Positions 41,501-53,500 of a DNA stretch of 64,000 nt are shown piece by piece. The translations under genes were made by a program, and so were the position numbers. The DNA comes from Catajapyx aquilonaris (lineage: Eukaryota): contig KZ538019.1 in assembly GCA_000934665.2 (NCBI GenBank), positions 1 to 64,000 on the forward strand, written 5' to 3'. Below the pieces are notes generated by a model, which was not told the DNA's origin, did no database searches, and saw only the letters and a program-made list of their open reading frames with translations. How positions within the stretch are numbered: position 1 is the stretch's first letter; each line of letters starts with the position of its first letter.

Positions 41501-44500
41501 AAGGAGAAGGAACGGTTGGGGGATTAAAAACCACAATGAGGCCATCTCTATCAAGGTCGCGGGTTGTCCAGCTCAGGGGGGAGAGAGAGAAGGGGTGTTT
41601 TCTAGAACGCCAGCTTCCTTAAAGAATAATATGGCCGGCCACTTACAGATTTAATCCATCTCCCAGCCGATAGAGTAACGGGATGTTGAGTAAGGGTGTA
41701 AAAGTCCATCCTCGTGGCCTTTTACCAGCCAGGAGGGGGCCTGACCTTGGACTTGAGCATAGTATTTTTTTTTTTATCCGCCCAGATTTTGGAATTATGA
41801 TACTTCCGGTTGCGTAACTATTGGCGTAACATGTAAGTAAAGTATCGTGTGAGATATGCAGATATTAAAAGTGCCGTGACGTGGTAAGACGTGGGCCCCA
41901 GAGCGAGTGTAAATATTTACACCGGCTCCACATTGTTATTTGAGGAAATATATTCATTCCCCCAGTGCATACAGCGCTAATCTCTTTCTATTCATATCGA
42001 GAGAGGTGGTGCAAGTTATACAATCTGATTCGCTCTTATACATATGTATGATCCCGTCACGTAACAACAGGCATACGTACGAATCCGGTGTGCCAAAATA
42101 GTGACAGTTGGGTGTCACGGAAATGAGGTCAAAGTTCGATGGACCTTTTTTTTTGTGTGTGTGTGTGTGTGTGTGGTAGGCCCACCCATTATTAAAACAG
42201 TGAGCGAGGGGGGTTAGGCAATCTCCGTGGTACTCTGGGAAATCATTTTTGTTGCTTACCGCTCGGCTTCCTCTTCTCCAATATTGCCCAGGGCCATATA
42301 TCCTTTCCACCCCTCCCCTCCCTCTCTGCTTCCATCCCTTCTTCTTTTTTTTTTTTTTTNNNNNNNNNNNNNNNNNNNNNNNNNNNNNNNNNNNNNNNNN
42401 NNNNNNNNNNNNNNNNNNNNNNNNNNNNNNNNNNNNNNNNNNNNNNNNNNNNNNNNNNNNNNNNNNNNNNNNNNNNNNNNNNNNNNNNNNNNNNNNNNNN
42501 NNNCCTACCCCCCCCCCCTCCCCCACTTCACCGCCACCAAAAGGGAGTTGAGGTAACTATAACTTTGTCCCAACAAAGGGGGGCGTACGTTGGGCAGGTG
42601 TACGGGCGAACATTAAGCGGCATTAAATATGCAGGTACTACCGCCGTGGAGATGTTTAATTCAGGGCTTCCAAAATCAACGCGGTCAGTTGCACCAGCGG
42701 ACGTTTTAATTATCGTGCGACACATAACGTCAGCCGGAATTTTTAAAATGTGTAGGTGAGTAATGAGGTGTAATTATAGGGCTAAAAGTAGGGCTGATGA
42801 ATATTCAACGGAAGATTATCGCTTCTTGGCAATGCATTGCATTTTTATAAAAAATTATTTGAAAGGGTTGGACTACATACGCTTGTAATAAGTGTAGCCT
42901 AAATACCGGCTAACGTTTGAAAAAATGCCAGCCTAATTTTAGTAACTGGTAGGGCCACCCCCAGCAGGTGCGAGTTATCAACCGTTATCGGGTATTGTTG
43001 CCATATTTTGTGCTGCGTGCGGGGGATGTTTATACCTGAAACTGAAATTGATCGGCAGCTTTTTATATATGCCGCAAATAGAATGGCGGGGGTAGGGAAG
43101 GTAACAGTGGGTCAATTTGGCTGGGAACATCTTCCGGGTGAGCGCCGTAATTAGAACCCGTAACTTTTCCGGGGGGCAGTTTTCATAGGGAGCTCCTCCG
43201 GCACCGGGGAAATGGCTTTTATCTCCAGGGCGGGTGCAAATATCAGTAGGGAATATCTCACCAGAGGGTGGACCTTTGCCAAGGGAGTAAGGGGCCCTAT
43301 TCGCAGACACACACACATACACATGAAAGAGGCGAGATTATTCATTAGCATGTTGGAGATTGACCATCATTGGGGAAGTGGTATAGGGGCGCCTGTGCAG
43401 CGGCAGTGACGTAAGAAGCAAGACTAGGTCATCAAGGGAGGTATTGGGGGGGGGGGGGGGTNNNNNNNNNNNNNNNNNNNNNNNNNNNNNNNNNNNNNNG
43501 GGGGGTGTAACCATATTGCTGAACTAATTTACATATGATGTGAAGAAGGCCTGTAAGGCACCCGTACAGTGCCGGAGTCTGCATGTTTAATAAGGCGCCC
43601 CTTTGTCTCGGGCGCACACTGGAGGCGACACGGTTTCACTCTTCCGAATATTGATTCAAATTCCCACATGATTTGGCCCTTGCCTAATTACGTACCGGTA
43701 TTGCCATCCCTTGCAACAAGACAGTCTAATTAAGGATCCTCTTTCACGACCAACACGTACGACAGGCGCTGGGAAAATTCCGCTACATAGAAAAGCAATC
43801 GAACTGGAAAATTAGGCGACAGTACGGGGGGGGGGGGGGNGGGGGGGGACTAAAGATGGCTGCCATGGAGCCATACTGTGCTACAAATGTATCGGAAATT
43901 TTTCTGTACCTATTGCTAATAGTGGTGTATTTTTCTTTGCAGCCTATCAGCCAATGGACGACGGCCAACGTGATAGAGTGGATGGCGGCGCTCAATATGT
44001 ATCGCTATGTGGACGTCTTCAAATCCAAAGACATCAAAGGGTCGGACCTGCTCAGCCTCGACCGGGAGAAGCTGTTGGTGAGTCAGTGCATGCATATTCC
44101 TGCCGTGTAATTGGGGCTGTGTCGAAAGTTCCAAACGGGTTGGGGAAGGTTCATGCGATTTTAATGACTGTTATTGGGGCGAGAGAGGGTGGGGAGTAAG
44201 TTCCTAGTCACTTGCACTGCAGATGAAACGTGGTTCCATTTTATATTGGGGTACCGGTGCTGGAGGTGGCACAACGTGTATCAAGTTGTGCCACATGTCA
44301 CTCAGATCAGCATTTGGAAAAGAAAAGAAAAAAGAAGAAAAAAGGGTGCCGTTATATGCTGAGACTTTCAAATGTTGATTACGATGGAACAACCGCAATA
44401 CGCGCGGGTCAGCTCCTCCCATTCGCGGATTCAGGCAGTGACCTACCACCCTTTTTTGAGCAAAAACTACTGTTGCAAGGTGTGTTTCAAGAAGAGAATG

Positions 44501-47500
44501 GATAGAACAAGAGAGTTGGGGTTCGACACACAAAAAAAGTAGTAATGAAGCTCAGAGGCCGGTTACTGTTGGGAACTGGTTGAAATTCCCCCATATTTTT
44601 TTACTCGCACCCAAGTTACCTCGGGGGCCAGGGCTCGTTAGGCGCTTTTATCGAGTGGTCATAGGTCATCGTGTTCATGGCTGAAAACTTAAGAGGACCT
44701 CCCGGATTGCGGAATTTTTCCCAGTGAAAGCTGGCAGTCAGTGATGACACATAGTAATGGGACCAGTTCTGAGCATATCAAGGCTGATTAGGTCCGGGGG
44801 GAAAGATAATTACGCTTTTCCGAGTTGGTTTAAAAAAAAAAATCGACTGCTAGTTCTGTGGGATTGTGCCAAAGGTAAAGGGAGGAGGAGGAATCTAGCT
44901 TCAGGGACAAGAAAACGACGGTTTTTGCCCAGGAAACGGGTTCCCGGGCAAGAAGGGGTCACACCCTGGGCAAGTCTGACCCGGATGGCCAAGTTAATCG
45001 GGTACTTGAGCACGTAACAAAAGTCATATTGACGGGAGGGCAAGGGTCATTTAACGGTACGAATCCACGTCCATCACGATGGAGGTTGACGCACCCAACT
45101 CCCTCGAGCGAAAGTACGGAGAGGGGCTATAAAGAAAACAACTTATGTGTCAAATAATAAGGACAAGGGACACGCTTGTAATGCAGGACGTCATACACAT
45201 GTTTCGACATGGGTTGTCTGTCTTTGGCTCGTCAGGAAAGGGAACGTGAGCAAAATAGGAAGAGGTCATTTCCGCAATGGAAGCTTGTTGTATTATTATA
45301 CACAACCGTAAGTAACATTCACTAAATGTGGACAATTACTGCAAGTGCAATCATATACCAAGCTATATGTGAAGCCGCCTAGCAACAGTTCTGTACAGTC
45401 GCAAACCGGTTTGGATATGAGACTCAAAGTAGTTTAAACACATTTTGTTCCCTTTTGCCGAGAGCCGTGCCTGTGATGTAATTGTTTGTAATAATTTACC
45501 CACTTTGTGCCGGGAGTTCTGAGAGAGGATAAACTTGGAATAAAATGTGCGACACTCATAGCCTATAGTTACAGGTAATTTCCAAGCGCTTTGAAATGTT
45601 GGAGAAAAGGGGGGGGGGGGGGGGGNGGAGGTTTTTTAAAAAAAATGTAATGAGATTTGTTCAGATCAAAGAGCAAAGTGCGGCTGTCATTTGCGCAACG
45701 TTCTACGACTTTGGGGAGAAGGGGTGCTCTTTTCAAAAGCAGAAAATATTGAACCAAAGTCCTGGAATACTTCATTTCGGGCACATTACGAGCCCGGCTC
45801 CAAAATTTTGGGAGCAAGCTGGGATTCGTTATCAGTCTCTTTTGCCCTGATTACTTCCCAAGTAAGATGTCTCACTCTGCGACTTTTTGGAACGGTGAAA
45901 GGCGGGGTTGGTTGGTGTGTAATCAGAATAAAATGAAGAAAAATACGGATAGGTTTTTGTTGCCCCGCAGCGCGTTCTGGGGGAAAGATTTCTCCTTGGA
46001 TCGGGTAGCACGGAGAGAGTCTTGCTGAAGCCCCCGTGGGAAGAAGGCGTCGGTGCCCCTGACCTCTCGAAGGAAAAAGGTCGTGGAAGCAATAGCCTCT
46101 CTATGAAAAAAAAATCCGCGCATTTCTAGTGAAATCCGGGTGTGATATTACACACATTGGAGCTTAGTGTTTCATTATTGCTCACTATGCACAGTTTGAT
46201 CCAGTGACGTAACGGCGAATGACACGAGGGTCGATAGGACGGCGGTGACGGATGAGGGACGTGCCTTCCAAGTCGCAACAGATGTCAGAATTAAGTCTTA
46301 GGTAACATGACAAACGCATGGGGGGTGCCAGTAATCTCTTGAGGGGGGGAAAATTGCATATGTAATATGCATGGTACGTACTTAAGGACGTGGCATTAAG
46401 GAGTAATATGGTAGGGGTCTCCGGAAAAAACGGTTGATATGTGGCACGCAGGCACGTTTCTGGAAGTCCGGCGCATGAATAAGCAATATGGACGTAACTC
46501 GCACGTTTTAAATTATAGCGTCCAGTTCAACTACCTCTTCACTTTTGACCTGCCCAAGGTTGTAATTTTTGCAGCACTTTTTTTCTTTCTTCTTCCAACC
46601 GCGATCTATGCGGAGTCACGGCCATTTGCTAGAGGAGAATGGTTGCCCGTTTCGAAAATGTCAACTTGGTCCATTGTGCGGGGTCACGTCGGATGTTTTG
46701 CCCCCGAAAAACTCGGTTTGGCGTGGGTCCAGTGAGCATCCTTTTTGGTGAATAAAAAAGAGAAAGCTGGGGGGCATCCTCGAGAAGTTCTTTCCTCGAA
46801 GTTGACAAACACGCGGCCTTGTTGGGGTGGTAATTAATTGTTGTGTGGGTTGCATCACTTGCTTAATCTTCGGGAGCCGCGTAAGTGCGCGTTCGACATC
46901 GGGTTGACAGTGGCGGCTTCTGTTCGGTAAGATTCACAGGGAAGATTAATGAGTCTGCAAATTGAATACGTAAATGTACATTGCAACAATTGACGACTTG
47001 ACGTGCTTGACCGTTACATGCGTTGCTTATTACGCACGGATCGGGTCTGTGGTCGGCGGCGTTTTTGCTGCCGTTGCATTTACGCCAGCCTCCATTTAGT
47101 CGGCGCCTGTCGTTCTAATTGCGCGCAAATAGCCGTGTCAAGTTAATTATTGGCGATCGTGTGTTCGAGTCCAAAAGGGTGGGGGGACAGCCTCTGGCGA
47201 AAATTGCATTTCGGGTGTATGGACGCTGGACAACAATCGGCTCCTTTCATGTTGATCAGTAAATAAAATAAATGATTTCATGTTGGTCGGGGATTTTTTT
47301 GCTGGGCTCAGGACGAAACCCAGGAATAGCGATATGTGCTGTAGGAGGGCCGTACATTTGGCACTATTTGTGCGTGGTACAGTTAAACCAAAGAACGCTC
47401 TGACGTCACTTTTAGCCCGCCTCAATCCGGCTCTTCCCGCCACCAGTCACGTCCCCGAATCGCGCTGCAAGCGTAAATAGGCCTATACTACTGCGCATAC

Positions 47501-50500
47501 TCAGAAAACATGGCTGTTGTGACGTCAGATCGTTCTTTGGTCTAAAAATGACTGCACATCCCGAGAACGAACCAGGATTTTGACGTGCTTGATAGATGTC
47601 TTCGGACCCAAATGAGAGGTTTATCGTAATGGACGCGACTAATTTGCACATATCAGCAGCAGCGTAATAGTATTTGAACCAGGCACTAGTGGGCTATTAT
47701 CCAAAGCGGCCCAGTACACGTTTCGGCGTCCTCGTGGACTGCTTTTTCCATCAAGTGTGAATGACGTCCCGGCCAACTTTATGATCCGATTTTCATAATG
47801 GATGAGCGGCATAAAGTGCAAGCCGTGGGCGTGTCCCTCTCTCCCCATATATAGTTTTTTATTCTACTTCCCCCCCCCCCCCTCTTCCCCTCCCGAGTTA
47901 AAGCCAGGGAGTCATTTAATACGAAACCCGTGCCCTTGATTACTGATGCGTCACATCGCCACTTCAGGATGCACATGCATCACATCGTCATTGCAGGATG
48001 CACATGCGTATTTTATACAACGTGCAATGCACCCTGTGTTTTATCAACCCATCCTGGCCGAGTCATGCACGTGTACACCGATGTCACCTTGTGCAGGCCT
48101 TGAACTGAGATAAAGCGACAATTCGTGTCTTACCTGGGGGTGGTCACTTGCTCAATAAGTTACCTCGCCATAATTATGTGGCCAGCTGTGTCGCATGCAT
48201 TTAGGGAGGATAATGCCATTGCCCTTGTTACGTGAATATGTTGGCCGATAAGCGAAGTCAGACGGTCTGAAAAGCGATCGGGCCGTCCCTTTTGAGGGCC
48301 TCTATTGGTGATAACCCACTTGTAATCAGCGAGTTCCACTAAAAATAACAGACAAAACATTGAACGATGAACTGCTTGTCGCCCACGTCTGGAGGAATTT
48401 GATTGGGCGATCCGGGAGGGAAAGTTTATCGCTGGATTATAGAGTTCAAGTCATTGCTGAAGGGGTTGTAATGCAAAGCCGGTTTTTTACATACTGTCAC
48501 CTGTTTCCATTTAAACAAAAGGGGAGTGATTGAATGTTTTTGTGTGATTGGTGGCTGGAAACGTTTCTGGCATTGTGGTGCTGTACGTGCTTGGAAGGGG
48601 GAAAAAAATGGTTTTCGCAGGAGGGGGAGTGACAAATGTAAGGTCACCCGTTATCGGGCTGGGTGTGTGAATCGCAGAATGAAACCTGTTTTTCAGGTCG
48701 GCCGAATATATTCCCACACGCAACTGCAGAGGGGAAACCAATTGGAGTGTGTTATGTTGAATACCGACCCCGAAAAGCAAGGTGCAAAGTCAGTCCCAGT
48801 TTTCCCTGTTGGATGTATGTTGCTGGAGGGCACATGTGGTGCCTGGTGTGTGTGGTTTGGGTCTCCGCCCCTGTTCCCGGCCAATCAGGGCCTAGTAAAT
48901 GGGGTGATGAACGGTAGCCGTCGGGGTCAGCAACCAGTTTTTTTTGTGTGTGCCCTCTCTCTTAGTTTCTCGTTTGGTTTTTTTTTTTTGTATATTGTAA
49001 TAGGAGTGGGGGGGGGGGGGGGGTTAGATGTATTATTCCAGGGTGGAAATTACTACCTCGTGTCCATTTACACCCGGGGGTGGTTCCTTGACCAAAATTG
49101 TCCGACCTTGTTGCCCAGAAGTTAATATTTGTCGAATTTTTTGGGTATGTCCACAGAACATGGGCATCAAGGATGAATACCACCAGAAGGCCATCCTGGT
49201 GTGCATCGACGAGCTATGCCGAGGCTCGCCGGAAGAACAAGACAACAACATAAACATAAATCTGGAGACCCCGGCATTTCGCCACCGGCTGGTGGAGCAC
49301 AGTTTCGCCCAGTTGGAGCGGTGCGACAAGTGTAGCAAGTACCTCCGAGGATTCCTTCACCAAGGGTTCCTATGCCAAGGTATAGAGTGCTTTTTATCCC
49401 CCTGTGATAAAGTAGGTTAAAAAGAGGGCCTGGATTTACAACTGAAGTGGGTCAGGCACAATGCGGGCGTACCCGGGGTCACCAGGTGATACTTGCCCGA
49501 ATTTACCATTTCCCAACAAAAATCGCGATTCCAGGCTGGCTGTGGGCCAGGGCACGTGTGAAGCGAGCCTGGAATCAATTCGGAAGGGAAGTCGATTTTT
49601 ATGGTGATTGGATTGAATACTGTGTCTCCCCGGGCGTCTTGACAGAGTCGGATGAGACGCTGGATGGAATTTCGAAATTTGCGGGTGACAAATGCTGCGG
49701 GTTAAATTTTGTTGTATTTCGCACGCATACCCGTGTCATGGAGGCGGTCAGTTGACCTTCCCATTCCAGCTTTTTATTGGGCAGGGACGGGGGTGTGTTG
49801 AGTGGTGTGACGTCCAAGAGAGCCAATTGCGCGCCTGAAGTGGTGCCAGGTTGCCCGAGTTCATTCCCCACCTGTCACCAAGCCAATGGGAGACCAAAAT
49901 GGAACTGTTGGCAACCGTGTCACCCGATATCTTCAATATTAAAAATCGGTTGTTGCGCAATAATTCGGAATATACACAACCCGTTACATAAGGGCCGATT
50001 TAAAAATAATCTCGCGTCAAAGTTTGACCAGTATGCGTGGTCAGCAAGTCCGGCACGTACTGACCTTTGATGCTGCGATATACCGGGTGTAACTTATGCG
50101 CATGCATATCCAAGTCGGATTGTTGCAAGCATATCAATCAGTCTGTGCGGATATGGCAACATTGGTTCGGTTTATAGGTCCTTTTTTTTTCTTTCTCTGT
50201 CCATGCCTTATCGTGCTTAACCCCATGACCTTGCCGCAACTTGCACCCTTTGGCACGTATGGGTGACGTAATGCGCCACAAAACACACTAGAGACGAATT
50301 GCATAGCGGAAACCTATTAATAGACTCAGGTATTGTCTGTGTGATATCACCGAATGATCAGTGTAGACTGGGCTGTCAGGCCTTCAAGGGCTGGTGAGGC
50401 CAACCAGACCTTGGGGCGTCGGAGGCACGTTTTGGCGGTGCCTGTACCTGTAAGCGGTACGATCGCAAGGTTTTTCCTGCGACGGTCCGGGCACCCCGTG

Positions 50501-53500
50501 TGAATGGGAGCGGATTAGTAATGCATTGTCTTTTCCTTACTTTTTTCAGACTGTGGTTTGGTGGCCCATCGCACATGTTCTCAAACAGGCTTGCCTTCGT
50601 GCCTACCTGAGAATGCTGATCGTCCTTCCCGGTTCAGGCTGAAGTCCGGTGAGTACTTTTTGTGTGTGTGTTTCGACATATATACCGAGAGGGGGTAAAT
50701 CAATGAGTTAATGGCTATAAGCGGGCGGTCACGCGGTTTTCAGAAACAGTACGTTAATTTGCATTCTGTGGGGAGGGCCGGATCCGGGTCGGTGATTTAC
50801 TGCTTTCTTCCGTCATGTCTGCCGAACATGGACAAAACGGTGCATTGGAGTTATTACCGGCTCGTATTTCGACCGTTACCGGAACACACTGTTTGAGAGA
50901 GAAAGAGAGAGAGAAAAAAATGGAGCGTCGTACATGACGTCGTGACTATCCTTGGATAGAGACGTGCAGATATGCTGTCAGTTGACTTAGGTCAAGCGAA
51001 GGTGCTTCAATCAGATATATACGCTTGATTTCCGCATGGGGGCCTTTCCAGATGTGGAACTTTGTCGATTTGCGAACCTGTTTTCTGCCGAGCAGGGGCG
51101 GATGCCAAAACATTAGCAAGAAGATACCGCGTTTATAGGCGACTCTTCGCTCAAGGCCGAGGCTTTATGCCAGATTTGCTGGTGCGGGCATCAATATTAT
51201 TTTGCTTTCAGGAAGAAGGGTTTATCGCGGAAAACCCTTTGGAACCGGAGGGGTCATCAAGGAGGAATGGTTCGGAGGTCGCGGGTTTTTGCGCGTTAGG
51301 GGTATTGTTGCAGGCGCCATTCTTGATTGGGCTGGTCAATTGTTGGGTGGAAGGTCAGTAATGTGTGTGTTACAGGCTTGGATGGTCAGCCAAGCAGGAA
51401 GTGTAGGTCAGCTCGTGGTTAGATAATCGGCGGTATTTTAAGAAATTGGTATTGGAGCGCCACTGGCTGGCTTGATGACCACGCGACCTCTTGATTACGG
51501 TGGTCTTGGACGGCGGCCCAGCTGGGAGGGGGGTTTAGGAAGTACCTGATGACCATAGCTTTTTTGCATTCCGAGCAGGCTAAGGAAGAGCCGCGTGATC
51601 TGCATGTACTTATCCACGGTTTTTTAATTCGGGTTAAGAATTCAATACGGCGCATGGATGATGATGCGATTAGTAACCACGAGCTTCCCGTGCTCTTTAC
51701 AGTGTTCGGCCTGGGTTTGTGCAACCAGTTTCTTCCTGGCGAGCAGTCTGCGCCTCTGCTGGTCACCCGGTGCGTGCAAGAGCTGGAGACCCGCGCGCAG
51801 AGCCTGCCCTCGCTCGATCTCTACAAGGTGTACCGCACCTCAGCCAACGCCGATGTCATGGCAGACCTGCGCTACAAGCTCAACGAAGGTGAGAACAGAT
51901 GTCGCTAGTGGCTCCAGGAAGTTGGGGGGACGCTCTCGGCAGATGGCGATAGCGGCGCCGACTAGTTTTGAGTTGTGGGCAGATGTCGCCACTGGTTGTG
52001 TCCTAGATGTAGAGTGGCATCTAGCGAGGGATAAACTTTTCAAATGAAGTGGTGCGCCGACATGACCCCTCAGGGCCGATGTAACCCCCCGATGTTACGG
52101 TATATTCTCCAATCAGCACCCCAGTCCTCTGCCGCCCCTCCTGCTGATTAGATATCTCATCCCCATGGACTAATAATACCCTTGGGGGGCCTTGTCGTAA
52201 CCAAGGACGGGTCCACCGGTCTCCTTCTTTTCCGAGGGGGTAGTACAACCCGTACATATGCACACCAAGGAGGAACATTTGCCAAGCTTTCCGGTGGGGG
52301 TGAATCCGCTTTATTTTCGCTCTCTGGCTAATTCATTCTGGTTTCCGTGACCCTTGGGCGACCTTGCCAAGGGCTTCAAAGGGCCCTCCGTGTCGCGGGA
52401 AACAGAGTTTGTTATGTTGTTGCGCGACAGTTTTACACTTACTAACCGGCGCTAAACTGAGGTCAGTAAAAAGCGCGGCTGATTTATTCGGGCCCTTATG
52501 ATGCGGGGCTATATCTGGAACGTGTGACGTCAAGAGGGTCAATCCTTGCCAGTGTTATTATTTACTCACAGAATTTACGGCCGTTTTTTTTTTTAAATGA
52601 GCGGATATAATCCGGCAGTAAATCGAACGGGCTTTTAACCTTGGCATAAATCAAGGGGGGCAGAATTTTTTTTGCAGTCCGCTGTACCTTCTCAACGGGG
52701 TGTTCCTTCTCTCTTTTTTTAAAGTTGTTTCCTCAGAGGCCGTTTTCCCAAAGCTCCTATAACAACTGAATGCACGATTTTAGCACGCAGCCCCCGTGGC
52801 CTTGCTTCTTCTGGTTATGTCATGGTCTCCACAGACTCATTTCCCCATGATTTTTTTTCCAGCCATTTTTTGGAGGTTGCAAGGATAGGGCCATCGAAAA
52901 TTGTTTTTTTTTCACACTCTCTGGCCTTGGAATTGGAAGTATGCGTATGTTGCGTGTAACTAGGACAGTGGTTTTGTGTGAATAGGGAAAAAATGGGACG
53001 GTCACTAGTGAATATTTGCACCACATGTCACCCGCGTGAAGGGCATGTCATGGTAAATGACAAGTCAAGTGTCTTCCTACCGAGATATATGTGAAGTGCA
53101 ATGATAGCAAGTGTCCCAGTATCGCAAAGATTAAGCCAGTGGTGAAAAGGGCACTTCGCAGGCGGATCCAGTCGTGCAGGAAGGTAAGGCTGCAACCTTG
53201 CCGTGGTCGCAGATGACCTTACCGACCCAGCACAAATAAGTGGAGAAACTTGCCTGGTTGACCGTTGACCTGCTCCATTGTGTTGCATTATCTGTGGGTT
53301 TCTGCCTGGGTTGGCTCCAAGGTTTTTTGATTATTGTACTCATTTTTGGTTGATTTTGTGTGCTGACTGAACCGTCATTTTTATTTCAGACGTGGCGGGT
53401 ACAGACCTGAGCTCGTACGAACCTCATTACATCACCAGCACCCTGAAGAAGTACCTGCGAGAACTGCCAGATCCGGTCATCCCCGTGCAGTGGTACGACA

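Noticed and set aside
41954..42556. ORFs spanning the N gap
   Set aside because: Artefacts of translating Ns.
48526..49125. 199-aa + strand ORF in an intron
   Set aside because: Runs through homopolymer tracts, lacks codon bias and does not fit the exon chain.
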